Positions 19,992 through 30,286 of a DNA stretch of 64,000 nt are shown in pieces. Made by a program: the position numbers and the translations under genes. The stretch is from an uncultured Bacilli bacterium (GTDB taxonomy: Bacteria; Bacillota_I; Bacilli_A; RFN20; CAG-631), in contig CAKPXF010000001.1 of assembly GCA_934201705.1 (NCBI GenBank), positions 173,361 to 237,360 of the forward strand, written 5' to 3'. The notes under the pieces were generated by a model that did no database searches, was not told where the DNA came from, and worked only from the letters and a program-made list of their open reading frames with translations. Within the stretch, counting starts at the first letter, position 1, and every line of letters starts with the position of its first letter.

Positions 19992-21017
19992 TTAATCTAA
20001 TTTTTCAAAAGTACTACTATTAGCTTCATCCATTTCTTTTTTACCAGAGAATTTAAATACCATTGATAGGATTGAAAGCCCTAAAGCGATAACAATATAT
20101 AAATAAAATCCCCATCTAAATGTTGGATATCCGCTAACATCTTTACAAGTTATTAATCTTCCAATTAATTGTAATAATTCAATAAATGAGTTTCCTGTAT
20201 CAAGTACTAATAATGAAGCAACAAATCCTAAAAACGTTCCAAGTAGTGTTGAAATAATTACTACCCACAGGATTATTATATACTTTGTTGTACCTTTTTT
20301 TCCTTTAAAGGTATCATATCCAGTATAAATTATAGGGCAAGCTGATAAAGCAGCCAAAACTGGAAGATATTGGAAAACAACAACATTAGTATTATTATTA
20401 CTATTTATTAAAATAAATTGCATAAAGAAGAATAAGATAATTAATATTGCCATATAAATTAAGCCATATAAAATAGCACCAAATAAGCCATTTTTATATC
20501 CTTTTGTATCCTTGTTTATTTCTTTATCCTTTTTAATAACTTCTTCCTTTACTTGCTCTTTTCCTTTATCGTAGCAATTTTCATGAGTAGGAGTTAAAAT
20601 ACCAGCAATATCAATAATTGCTATTTTCTCATCACTTGAAATTTTTTTCTTACAAATAGGACAATAAGTAATATTCTCGCCTAATTTTTCATTGTACGAA
20701 TCGATAAATTTATCTAAAAATTCAACAATTAAATTAGATTTAGAATTATCAAGTTCAAATGTAATTTGAATAGATGTTTCTAATACCTTCATATCTGTAA
20801 TACAATAATGAGGAATTTCATCTTCACTATAAGTCTTAAACACTTCTTTTAAATATTCTTTATTTTTACCAATGTCTGTAATAATATAAAGGGTTTTCAT
20901 TGAGCCTAGGCTTTCCTTTAAAGAAATATAAAAATTTTTATATTTTCCATACATATAGCCATAATCAATGGTCAAGCCATTATCTATTGCAAACCGTTTA
21001 AAATAGGCACTAGCCAT
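19992..21017 (-). CDS. Hypothetical membrane protein: cytoplasmic N-domain with Zn-ribbon (CPICKKK...HENC) + 4 C-terminal TM helices
   Basis: 341 aa ORF; CxxC...HxxC spacing; hydrophobic C-terminal third; no family recognised. Confidence 0.45.
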   Translation of the reverse strand: MASAYFKRFAIDNGLTIDYGYMYGKYKNFYISLKESLGSMKTLYIITDIGKNKEYLKEVFKTYSEDEIPHYCITDMKVLETSIQITFELDNSKSNLIVEFLDKFIDSYNEKLGENITYCPICKKKISSDEKIAIIDIAGILTPTHENCYDKGKEQVKEEVIKKDKEINKDTKGYKNGLFGAILYGLIYMAILIILFFFMQFILINSNNNTNVVVFQYLPVLAALSACPIIYTGYDTFKGKKGTTKYIIILWVVIISTLLGTFLGFVASLLVLDTGNSFIELLQLIGRLITCKDVSGYPTFRWGFYLYIVIALGLSILSMVFKFSGKKEMDEANSSTFEKLD

Positions 21018-21154
21018 AAATCAACCTCCTTTTAAGCTTATATTAATTATAACAAAAAATTAATTTCTTTCAATAAATAAAAATACATATTTTTATAGAT
21101 AATTCTTTTCACAAAAAAAGAGAAAAATTGTATATATAATTAGAGGTAATGAAA

Positions 21155-22426
21155 ATGAGAGTAAAATATCAGCAATTATTTAGTAATGAATGTGGAAAAT
21201 ATGCAATAAAAAATTTATTAAATTTATATAAAATAAAATATGATGATAGTAAATTGCTTGTTTTTCCTAATGGTTTATCAATGTGGCAAATAAAAGAAGA
21301 ATTAAATAAATATTTTAATAATGTAAACGTTATATCATTTAATGTAAATGAATTAAAAAAAGTAGAAGAATTTAAACCATTTATATTATTATTAAAAAAG
21401 AATGATATTGGGCATTATGTTGTTGTCTATAAAGTAAATAAAAAATATTTATATGTTATAGATTCTTTAGCTAATCATTCATATAAAATTAAATATAGCA
21501 GCTTGAATACAATTGATTGTATTTTTTGTGAAAATACAAAACGTAATTCTTTTAAATTAATAAATATAACTAAAGTTATATTTTTCGTATTTTTATCGAT
21601 AATTGAATCATTATTACTGCTTTCAACAACCATACTTATTCAACAAATAATTGATAACGGCTTAAAGGATGCTTTACTTTATTTTGCTATACAATTGCTT
21701 TTAAATATTATTACACTTTATAAGACACATGAATTTATAAAATCATATAAAAGCATTGATAACAATTTTATAAATAACAATTTAGCAAATATTTATAATT
21801 TAAAAGTAGAATATTTAAAGCAATATAAAATAGATGAAGTATACTATAGGCTTTATGATGCCTATACCTATAAAGGAATGTATTTATCATTTATCTTTAA
21901 TTTTATAAGTGATGCTTCTTTAGCTATTCTATCCTTTTCTTTATTATTTGTTTATTCGTATGTAATGGGCTTTATAATGTTATTCTTTGCTAGTATAATA
22001 ATACTAATTTCTGCTTTATTGACTAAAAGGATTAAAGAAACGGTTGAAAATAGAAGAATAAAGGAATTAGAATTTAGAAATTATTATAGAGATAGCTTCA
22101 CAAATAAAAATAATAATAATCTTTTTAATAATTCATTAAAGAAAATAAAAGAATTTCAAAAAATAGATATCTTTTACCAAAAAATAATTATTAAAAAAGA
22201 CTTAATTTTAGTTTGTTTTCAAAGTAGTATAACTATTATTTTTGTATTTATTTATTTTAGTAGACTTTATGCCTTTTTATCACTTGGCTCTTTAATAGCT
22301 ACAATCAATTTGATATCATTAATTTTGCAACCAGTTTTAAGTATGTGTTCACAATTTAGCAACTTTTCTAATATAAAATTAATCAAACAAAGACTATTGG
22401 ATGTTGAAAAAAATGTTAAAAGTTAA
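21155..22426 (+). CDS. C39 bacteriocin-processing peptidase domain fused to ABC-exporter transmembrane domain, with NO ATPase domain
   Basis: C39 motifs Q-x5-ECG (catalytic Cys) and IGHYVVVYK (catalytic His); six TM helices; ORF stops right after TMD; start at ATG 21155 by RBS spacing. Confidence 0.6.
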   Translation: MRVKYQQLFSNECGKYAIKNLLNLYKIKYDDSKLLVFPNGLSMWQIKEELNKYFNNVNVISFNVNELKKVEEFKPFILLLKKNDIGHYVVVYKVNKKYLYVIDSLANHSYKIKYSSLNTIDCIFCENTKRNSFKLINITKVIFFVFLSIIESLLLLSTTILIQQIIDNGLKDALLYFAIQLLLNIITLYKTHEFIKSYKSIDNNFINNNLANIYNLKVEYLKQYKIDEVYYRLYDAYTYKGMYLSFIFNFISDASLAILSFSLLFVYSYVMGFIMLFFASIIILISALLTKRIKETVENRRIKELEFRNYYRDSFTNKNNNNLFNNSLKKIKEFQKIDIFYQKIIIKKDLILVCFQSSITIIFVFIYFSRLYAFLSLGSLIATINLISLILQPVLSMCSQFSNFSNIKLIKQRLLDVEKNVKS

Positions 22427-22515
22427 TCATTATTGATTATTATCTATCAATTTACTATATAAAATGATAAAATTGTAGGTGATATGATAAATCATATCAA
22501 AAGGAGCTAACTATT

Positions 22516-24249
22516 ATGTATAGTGAAAGAATTAAACAAGTTCAAAATTATTTAATTAATAATAATATTGATGGATATATCGAATTTATATGTGATGATC
22601 ATGGTAGTGAATATGTAAATGATCATTATAAAGGAGTAGCCTTTTTATCTGCCTTTACAGGAAGTGCAGCGACCTTACTAATAACAAAAAGTTCATCTTA
22701 CCTATGGACTGATGGAAGGTATTTTCTACAAGCAAGTATGCAGTTATTAAGTTCAAATACCGCTTTAAAAAAGATAGGCATTGATGAAAGTATTATTGAT
22801 TTTATTAGCAACAATTTAAAATCTGTGGCTTTTGATTTTAGGGTTGCTAATGTTTTGTTTGTTAAGCAATTATTAGCCAATAATATAAAAGTTATTAACG
22901 AAGAAAAGCTTCTTGATAATATTTGGGCAAATAGGCCTACACTTCCTAAAAAGAAAATATTTAGCCTACCTTTAAATGTTGTGTCATGTAAAGCTAGCTT
23001 GAAATGCCATAAGGAATTAAGTCATATAAAATCAAAAAAGGAATATTTCGTTTTAGTTACTGCTTTAGATGATATTGCATATCTTTTAAATGCGAGAGGC
23101 TTTGATATTAAATGTAATCCAGTATTTATTTCATTTTTGCTTTTAAGTAGAACAAATGATAAAGAAATTTATACTTTATATGTTGATAAAGCTAAAGTAA
23201 ATAATAAAATGCAAGAATATTTCAAAAATGAAAAAATTACTTTAAAGCCTTATAATAGTATATATAGTGATATTAAAAAGATAAATGCAACAATTTATTT
23301 TGATTCTAATAAAACAAACTATAAATTATATTCAAGTATGAAAAATGGTAGGAATGTTACTTTATGGGTAAGTAACAAAAAAGCCATTAAATCAAGAGTT
23401 GAAATAAATGAAAATAAAAAGGCTCATATAAAAGATGCTATTAGTATGTGTAAGTTTTTATATTATGTAAAAACATATGTTAATAAGAAAAAGATGACTG
23501 AACTATCATTAATGGATAAATTATATAATCTTAGAAGAAAATATAGTAGCTTTGAGCCTTCATTTTCTACAATTTGTGGCTTTAATGAAAATGGTGCAAT
23601 AGTTCATTATAGTGCTACAAATAATACAAATAAAGATATTAAAAATGATGGATTGTTACTTGTTGATAGTGGTGGACAATACTATTATGGAACCACTGAT
23701 ATTACAAGAACAATTGTATTAAATAATATAAGTGATGAAATGAAATACCATTTCACATTAGTATTAAAATCTCATATTGCTTTAGCAAATGCTGTATTTA
23801 CTAATAATACAACTGATGCTGCATTAGATAATATTGCTCGTAAGCCTTTATGGGATGTAAATTTAGATTATAATCATGGTACAGGGCATGGCGTTGGTTA
23901 CATGCTAAATGTACATGAGGGGCCTCAAAGCATTAGATATAATAAAAATAACCCAACCATTATGAAAAAAGGAATGATTACTAGTGATGAGCCAGGTCTT
24001 TATTTTGAAAACAAATATGGTATTCGTCATGAAAATGAATTATTATGTGTAAAAAATGATAAAAACACCTTAAAATTTGAAGTAATCACTTACGTACCAT
24101 TTGACCTTGATGGTATTGATGTTAATTTATTAACTAATACAGAAAAAGAATGGCTAAACAATTATCATGAAATGGTTTATAATAAAGTAAATAAATATTT
24201 AACAAAAAGAGAAAGAGAATTTTTAAAAAAAGCAACAAGGAAGATATAA
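22516..24249 (+). CDS. pepP: Xaa-Pro aminopeptidase (M24B family)
   Basis: C-terminal pita-bread metal ligands (DSGGQY, HGTGHGVG, E...E); 577 aa. Confidence 0.8.
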   Translation: MYSERIKQVQNYLINNNIDGYIEFICDDHGSEYVNDHYKGVAFLSAFTGSAATLLITKSSSYLWTDGRYFLQASMQLLSSNTALKKIGIDESIIDFISNNLKSVAFDFRVANVLFVKQLLANNIKVINEEKLLDNIWANRPTLPKKKIFSLPLNVVSCKASLKCHKELSHIKSKKEYFVLVTALDDIAYLLNARGFDIKCNPVFISFLLLSRTNDKEIYTLYVDKAKVNNKMQEYFKNEKITLKPYNSIYSDIKKINATIYFDSNKTNYKLYSSMKNGRNVTLWVSNKKAIKSRVEINENKKAHIKDAISMCKFLYYVKTYVNKKKMTELSLMDKLYNLRRKYSSFEPSFSTICGFNENGAIVHYSATNNTNKDIKNDGLLLVDSGGQYYYGTTDITRTIVLNNISDEMKYHFTLVLKSHIALANAVFTNNTTDAALDNIARKPLWDVNLDYNHGTGHGVGYMLNVHEGPQSIRYNKNNPTIMKKGMITSDEPGLYFENKYGIRHENELLCVKNDKNTLKFEVITYVPFDLDGIDVNLLTNTEKEWLNNYHEMVYNKVNKYLTKREREFLKKATRKI

Positions 24250-24250
24250 T

Positions 24251-24700
24251 ATGGTACAAATTAATTATCAAAATCAAACAAGCTATAAAATGGAAGAATA
24301 CTTACCTATCTTTAATAAAATTGCAAGATATACCTTAAAGCAATTTAATATAAAGGGTAAGGTTGAAGTTTCATTAACCTTAGTTTCTAAAAACACAATT
24401 AGAGAAATTAATAAATCATATAGAAAAATTGATAAGGTAACAGATGTTATTAGCTTTGAAAATGATGAAGGCTTTGAAAAATATGATGGCTTTATTACAC
24501 TAGGTGACTTGTTTATTTGTGTAAGTAAGGCTAAAAGCCAAGCGAAGGCTTATGGGCATTCTATGTATCGCGAGGTATGCTTTTTATTTGTTCATGGATT
24601 ATTACATTTATTAAAAATGGATCATATGAATGAAGAGGATGCTAAAAAGATGTTTAAAATGCAAGATGATATTATGGATCATTTTAAAATTGTACGCTAG
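24251..24700 (+). CDS. ybeY: rRNA maturation endoribonuclease YbeY
   Basis: HGLLHLLKMDH zinc motif, 149 aa, conserved position before cdd-era-recO. Confidence 0.75.
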   Translation: MVQINYQNQTSYKMEEYLPIFNKIARYTLKQFNIKGKVEVSLTLVSKNTIREINKSYRKIDKVTDVISFENDEGFEKYDGFITLGDLFICVSKAKSQAKAYGHSMYREVCFLFVHGLLHLLKMDHMNEEDAKKMFKMQDDIMDHFKIVR

Positions 24701-24711
24701 GAGGATAATGG

Positions 24712-25119
24712 ATGGAAAAAGAAATCGAATTATTAATAAATAAAGCTAAAGAAGTATCTGAAAATTCTTACTCACCATATTCAAATTTTAGGGTTGGTGC
24801 ATCTTTACTAACAAAAGATAATAGAATATATAAAGGTGCTAATATTGAAAATGCTTCATATGGATTAAGCAATTGTGCCGAAAGAACATGCATGTTTTAC
24901 GCTTATTCAGATGGTGTAAAAAAAGCAGATATTGTGGCTTTTTGTGTATATTCTCCAAAAGAATATATGGTTTCTCCGTGCGGTGCATGTCGTCAAGTAA
25001 TGGTAGAATTATTACCAAAAGATTGTAAAATTTATTTAGCTTATGGAAGCAAAGGAGAGTATGTTATTTCGTCTCTTGATGAATTAATGCCACTTTCTTT
25101 TGATAAAGAGGATTTATAA
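24712..25119 (+). CDS. cdd: Cytidine deaminase
   Basis: CAE and PCGACRQ zinc-binding motifs, 135 aa. Confidence 0.8.
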   Translation: MEKEIELLINKAKEVSENSYSPYSNFRVGASLLTKDNRIYKGANIENASYGLSNCAERTCMFYAYSDGVKKADIVAFCVYSPKEYMVSPCGACRQVMVELLPKDCKIYLAYGSKGEYVISSLDELMPLSFDKEDL

Positions 25120-25121
25120 TA

Positions 25122-26006
25122 ATGAAGTCGGGATTTGTTTGTGTAATAGGCCGACCAAATGTTGGAAAATCAACCTTAATAAATGCTATTATTGGGCAAA
25201 AAGTTTCAATTGTTTCTTTTAAACCACAAACAACAAGAGATGTAATAAAAGGCATTTATAATGATGATGATTCACAAATTATTTTTACAGATACTCCAGG
25301 TATTCATAAAAGTGAGGATTCTTTAGGAAATATTATGAATGCTAATGCTGTATCTGCTGTTAATGATGTTGATGTCATTTTAATGCTAGTTGATATCTCA
25401 AAGGATTCAAATGCGTCAGATAAATATGTTATTGAACGTATTAAAAATAATAAATGCCCTAAAATTTTAGTAATTAATAAAATTGATTGCAAAGCAAAAA
25501 TAGAATTACTTCCAATCATTACTCATTATGCTTCATTAAACATATTTGATGAAATAATACCTATTAGTGCTTTAAATGAAACAAATATTGATGAATTAGT
25601 GAGATTAATTAAAACATATTTACAAGAAGGTCCTAGATATTATCCTGTAACTATGGTTTCTGACCATCCTAAAACATTTTCAATTGCTGAAACAGTAAGA
25701 GAAAAAATTTTTTTGAATTTACAAGATGAACTTCCTTATTCTATTGGTGTTTATACAGAAGAGGTAAATGAAAGTGAAGATAAGATAAAAGCAAGGGTGA
25801 TTGCTTTAGTCACACGTGATTCTCAAAAAGGAATAATTATTGGAAAAAAAGGAGAAATGCTAAGGAAAATTACTAAACAAGCTCGAGATGATTTAGCAAA
25901 TTCGTTAAATAAACAAGTGGTTTTAGAAGTTTTCGTTAGGGTTCAAAAAGATTGGCGCAATTCTCCATCTATTTTAAAAATGCTAGGATATGAAATAAAT
26001 GATTGA
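25122..26006 (+). CDS. era: GTPase Era
   Basis: G1 GRPNVGKST, G3 DTPG, G4 NKID, C-terminal KH domain. Confidence 0.9.
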   Translation: MKSGFVCVIGRPNVGKSTLINAIIGQKVSIVSFKPQTTRDVIKGIYNDDDSQIIFTDTPGIHKSEDSLGNIMNANAVSAVNDVDVILMLVDISKDSNASDKYVIERIKNNKCPKILVINKIDCKAKIELLPIITHYASLNIFDEIIPISALNETNIDELVRLIKTYLQEGPRYYPVTMVSDHPKTFSIAETVREKIFLNLQDELPYSIGVYTEEVNESEDKIKARVIALVTRDSQKGIIIGKKGEMLRKITKQARDDLANSLNKQVVLEVFVRVQKDWRNSPSILKMLGYEIND

Positions 26007-26712
26007 AAAAAAAGTTATAGGCTTTGTTTATAAAAAAGTTGATTATAAGGATAATGATGCTATTTTTAATGTGTTAACCTGTAATAGTAAGGAGGTATTT
26101 AAAGCTCGTGGAATAAATAAAATTACTAGTAAAAATAAAGGCGCATGTAATTTTTATACAATTAGTGAATTTATTTTACAAGCCAAAAGTGAAACTAGCA
26201 ATCAAACATTAAAAACAGCAAGTATTATTAAAATTTATAAAAAGCCATTTGATGATATTTTGATTTCTAGTAGCTATGCATTTATTTTTTCCTTACTTGA
26301 GCAACTAAGTGATGATTTTAATGGCTATGATTTAGCAATAAAATGCTTTGATTATTTAGAAAATGATACTTATCCACTTGATGTTTTAAATTATTTTTTA
26401 AAAAATATGTGTTTTACATTAGGGTATGAGCCGAATTTAGTAGGATGTGTAAACTGCAATAATAAAAATAATTTAATATCCTTTGATTTTGAACTTGGTG
26501 GATTTATTTGCAAGAATTGTTTTGATAGTAAATTATATACACAAATGAACTCTTCGTTTTTAAAAGGCTTATACAATTTTTTTAAAAGCAATGAACTAGT
26601 TAAAATGGAAGATTATGAAGCGCTTTATTTATTTAAACTTTATCTTACTTTTATAAAAAATGTTTGTGGCTTAAGAATTGATACTTCGATATTTGTGCTA
26701 AATTGTTTGTAG
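25999..26712 (+). CDS. recO: DNA repair protein RecO
   Basis: OB-fold N-terminus and C-terminal zinc motif CVNC...CKNC; 8-nt overlap with era as in other Firmicutes. Confidence 0.75.
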   Translation: MIEKKVIGFVYKKVDYKDNDAIFNVLTCNSKEVFKARGINKITSKNKGACNFYTISEFILQAKSETSNQTLKTASIIKIYKKPFDDILISSSYAFIFSLLEQLSDDFNGYDLAIKCFDYLENDTYPLDVLNYFLKNMCFTLGYEPNLVGCVNCNNKNNLISFDFELGGFICKNCFDSKLYTQMNSSFLKGLYNFFKSNELVKMEDYEALYLFKLYLTFIKNVCGLRIDTSIFVLNCL

Positions 26713-26724
26713 AAAGGATTTTTT

Positions 26725-27318
26725 ATGCTTTTATATGGAATAATAATTATTGTATGTGCTTTTATAATAACTTTAATTAATTATATAGCTTTTCATCTTT
26801 ATAATTGGTATATTTATTTATTAATTGCTGTATCTTTAGTAGTAATATTTATAATAATAGATGGAGTATTTGCTGGGCTAATACGGTATTTACTACCAAA
26901 AAAATTTGTTAATAAGAATTTAAAATTTTATCAAGTATCAAAAAAAGAAATGAAAATATATGATTTCTTTAAAATCAAAAAATGGAAAGATAAGGTACCA
27001 GAGCTCGGTTCGTTTACAAATTTTCATAAAAATAAGATTTTAAAACCTAAGGACAATGAATACATAGCTAGATTTATAGAAGAAGTATGCTATGGAATGT
27101 GGGGGCATTTTATTGGCGCTCCAATGGGTTTTTTGATTTTATTACTTGATTTTAATATGTATAGTGGTTCATCTAAATTATATCTTACAATGTTTTTACC
27201 ATTTGCTATAGTTAATTTTATCTTAGATTTGCTTCCAGCATTTGTATTAAGATACAACTTAAATAGACTACAAATTTTATATAAATTTAATTTAAAACAT
27301 CAAAAAGAGGGAAACTAA
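26725..27318 (+). CDS. Hypothetical integral membrane protein
   Basis: 197 aa, 4-5 predicted TM segments, no family recognised. Confidence 0.45.
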   Translation: MLLYGIIIIVCAFIITLINYIAFHLYNWYIYLLIAVSLVVIFIIIDGVFAGLIRYLLPKKFVNKNLKFYQVSKKEMKIYDFFKIKKWKDKVPELGSFTNFHKNKILKPKDNEYIARFIEEVCYGMWGHFIGAPMGFLILLLDFNMYSGSSKLYLTMFLPFAIVNFILDLLPAFVLRYNLNRLQILYKFNLKHQKEGN

Positions 27319-27320
27319 AT

Positions 27321-28376
27321 ATGAATAAAAGAAAATTAATGATTTTATCTTTTTTAATGGTATTACCAATTGCTTCATGTAATAGTAACAGTAATAGTAA
27401 TGAAAGTCAGCAATTTAGCTATGAAGAAAATTACAAGTTTACTGATTTAAGCTTAATAAAAATCAAAGAATCAGCAACTTATGATTTGAGTAAAATGTGT
27501 AATGAAGACATATCTAATTCTACGTTTGTAAGTTCAAATGAAAACTTATTAATAGTTGATGAAAAAGGGCTAATAAAAACTAATAATATCAATAAAAATG
27601 AAGAAAGTGCTAAAATTGCTATTATACAGGGCGAAAATATTCAAGTAATCGATATTATAGTTTATGATAACTCTATTGCTTCTTATTTTGTAAATGTCGA
27701 CTTAGGTAGCTTATATAATAAAAGTATAATATTTTTTGGTGATTCAATAACAGACAAGCAATATGGCGAAAATTATACAAATTACTTAAATGATAAGTGT
27801 AAGTTTACTTCATTTACTAATGTTGGCCATGCAGGTGGAACAATGGCATATAAGCCTTCAGTGTTTAAAAATTATACAGAATATAGAACATTTAAAAATT
27901 GCTTTCCAGTAAGCGTTGATGACAATATTGAGAATGTGAAAAAATCAGATTTTGTATTTATTATGTATGGCGTTAATGACATAACACAAGGTGATGCTAC
28001 TGATAAGCAAAGCGAGCTTGGAGATCCATTAGGAGAAGAAGCTATCATTGATGGAAAAACAGATGCTACATTTTGCTCTAGTATGATTTATGGTATAAAT
28101 AAAATAAAAAGTGTAAATCCAAACGCTATAATTGTATTTTTTAGTATTATGTTTTCAGATTATGGGAAAAGATATTCTATTAGAGATGAAAAATATAATG
28201 AATATATGGAACTTACATGCCAAAATAATGTTGTAAAATATGTTGATGTATTTTCGTTATTTGATGAAAATAGCGGTAAATATTATAAAGAACCAGAAGG
28301 AGGAAGGCTTCATTTAAATAAGGATGGCTATTTAGTACTAACATCATACATTTTAAATGGACAAAAAAAGAACTAA
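27321..28376 (+). CDS. Lipoprotein with Ig-like (Big_2-type) domain + SGNH/GDSL hydrolase domain
   Basis: Lipobox IASC; GDSI block I (FFGDSITD); C-terminal D-x-x-H like block. Confidence 0.6.
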   Translation: MNKRKLMILSFLMVLPIASCNSNSNSNESQQFSYEENYKFTDLSLIKIKESATYDLSKMCNEDISNSTFVSSNENLLIVDEKGLIKTNNINKNEESAKIAIIQGENIQVIDIIVYDNSIASYFVNVDLGSLYNKSIIFFGDSITDKQYGENYTNYLNDKCKFTSFTNVGHAGGTMAYKPSVFKNYTEYRTFKNCFPVSVDDNIENVKKSDFVFIMYGVNDITQGDATDKQSELGDPLGEEAIIDGKTDATFCSSMIYGINKIKSVNPNAIIVFFSIMFSDYGKRYSIRDEKYNEYMELTCQNNVVKYVDVFSLFDENSGKYYKEPEGGRLHLNKDGYLVLTSYILNGQKKN

Positions 28377-28380
28377 CAAT

Positions 28381-29103
28381 ATGAATCTTAAGGAATATTT
28401 ATATAATAAAAAGGTTGTTTTTTATGGTGATTCAATTACTCATAACTGGGAAAAATATGATCATTTTATGAATTTAACCCACAAGGATGATAAGAATTAT
28501 CAGTATGGTCTTGGCTATAATCATGTAAAAATGCTAAATGATGTTTGTCATTTTAAAAGCGTTGATAACTTTGCTGTATCAGGTGGTTGCTACGCTAATT
28601 GTTATTTACAAAATGCTTTACGTCAATCATTTCGTCATTTTCCATATCAAGTAACCCATTCAATTTTAAAGTTAAAGGAAGCTGAAATTATTTTTGTGAT
28701 GTTTGGAACTAATGATTATAGCGAACAAATCCCATTTAAAGATTATAGGGATGTTGCTAAAAACGAATATCAAGGAGACATGTCATTTTATGAAGGTATG
28801 AATTTTGGCTTTAAAAAAATAAAAGAAAATAATCCGAATGCTAAGATATTTGTTTTAAATATACTAAATAGAACATATCCATATGAAAAAGAGCCATTTA
28901 ATTATTCAATTTCTGAATACAATTTAGCAATTAAATTAATGTGTGAAGTTTATAATATGAATTTAATAGATGTTTCTAATTTGTTTGATAAAGAAAACTT
29001 TAAAGGCGGAAGTAAAGAATTATATAGCGATGATGGGTTACACCCAAATAAAAAAGGCTTTGAAGCCTTAACTGATTATATTTTAAATTACAAGATAAAA
29101 TGA
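28381..29103 (+). CDS. SGNH/GDSL hydrolase (paralog of upstream gene)
   Basis: Block I FYGDSITHN, block V DGLHPN; 241 aa from ATG 28381. Confidence 0.6.
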   Translation: MNLKEYLYNKKVVFYGDSITHNWEKYDHFMNLTHKDDKNYQYGLGYNHVKMLNDVCHFKSVDNFAVSGGCYANCYLQNALRQSFRHFPYQVTHSILKLKEAEIIFVMFGTNDYSEQIPFKDYRDVAKNEYQGDMSFYEGMNFGFKKIKENNPNAKIFVLNILNRTYPYEKEPFNYSISEYNLAIKLMCEVYNMNLIDVSNLFDKENFKGGSKELYSDDGLHPNKKGFEALTDYILNYKIK

Positions 29104-29116
29104 GCTTTTTAAAAGC

Positions 29117-29482
29117 TCATTTTTTCCTCATTTCTTCACGAATTGTATCTTCATCTACATATTCAAGTAAAGGAATAATATAATTTAAATTATGTCGATG
29201 GTATAAAAAAATAGTTTGCTTTGTTAAATCATCTTCATATGCGATATCCTTAACACTAAGCAAAAAAGATATAGAATAATCCAAATCATATTTAAGAATA
29301 GCATTTAAATCATCAGCATCTAAATAAGGAACTAATTTATTTAATGATTCATAATCAATACTAGCTTTACTAAATATAGCTTCATATAGCTTTTGTTTAA
29401 TATTATTATTTACAATAAATGAAGATAAAGCAGCAACAATTTCATCAACTGTTAAATTTTTAATTTTATCATAGTTATCCAT
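29117..29482 (-). CDS. Hypothetical protein (121 aa)
   Basis: ORF only; acidic, no motif recognised. Confidence 0.35.
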   Translation of the reverse strand: MDNYDKIKNLTVDEIVAALSSFIVNNNIKQKLYEAIFSKASIDYESLNKLVPYLDADDLNAILKYDLDYSISFLLSVKDIAYEDDLTKQTIFLYHRHNLNYIIPLLEYVDEDTIREEMRKK

Positions 29483-29578
29483 ATAAGCTCACCTCGACTT
29501 TAGTATTTGCTATTTTTTAAGAAAATATATAATTAATTATTAAAACATGATAAAATAATAAGGATTGAGGAATAGAAT

Positions 29579-30286
29579 ATGATAAAAGTTGAAATTAATA
29601 AAGTTTTAAATAAGAAAAAAAGAATAAAAATTCTTACTTTTTTGTATTCTATTTCAAATGAAGTATGCTTTAGTGCAATCCATAATTATAAAATTGATGA
29701 AGAAACTGGAAATGAAATAATTAATGAATATAAAAAAAGATGTATTGAAAAGCATCATGAGCTAAAGGTTTGGTATGATAATAAAGAGCCATTTCTACTT
29801 AAATCACTAAAAAAATTAAAAATAAAAACTGAAGATGAATTTGTTGATTATCAAAATCAAATCTTTCATTCAGATATGGCGCTTACTAAGCAAATGAATG
29901 AAGTAATTAATAAATTAGTTTTGGAGACTAAAATTGTTGATTATAAAAAGACTTTTCCTTCAATCGCCTCAAGCTTTGTTGGCTATGAAACCCATATGTT
30001 TGATACAGCAATAGTTAGTTTAATTCCTCTTGATATTTTAATATATAAAAAAAGTGATGAAATATTAAAAATTTTACTTGATATTGAAAGCTTTTCAAAT
30101 CCAGTATTGTTTAATAAAGACGAGCAAGTTTACTTATTTAATCCTGTCTTTTGTAATGATGAGGAGGGATTTGCTTTAATATATAGTGAGCAAGGAAGTA
30201 TTTCAATTGTTTTTGATGATAATCAATATTTAGATTTTAAAAAATTGAAAATAAAACACAAAAAGGAATATGTATATGGTGAATAG
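29579..30286 (+). CDS. Hypothetical protein (235 aa)
   Basis: ORF with RBS-like GGAATAGAAT; no motif recognised. Confidence 0.4.
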   Translation: MIKVEINKVLNKKKRIKILTFLYSISNEVCFSAIHNYKIDEETGNEIINEYKKRCIEKHHELKVWYDNKEPFLLKSLKKLKIKTEDEFVDYQNQIFHSDMALTKQMNEVINKLVLETKIVDYKKTFPSIASSFVGYETHMFDTAIVSLIPLDILIYKKSDEILKILLDIESFSNPVLFNKDEQVYLFNPVFCNDEEGFALIYSEQGSISIVFDDNQYLDFKKLKIKHKKEYVYGE

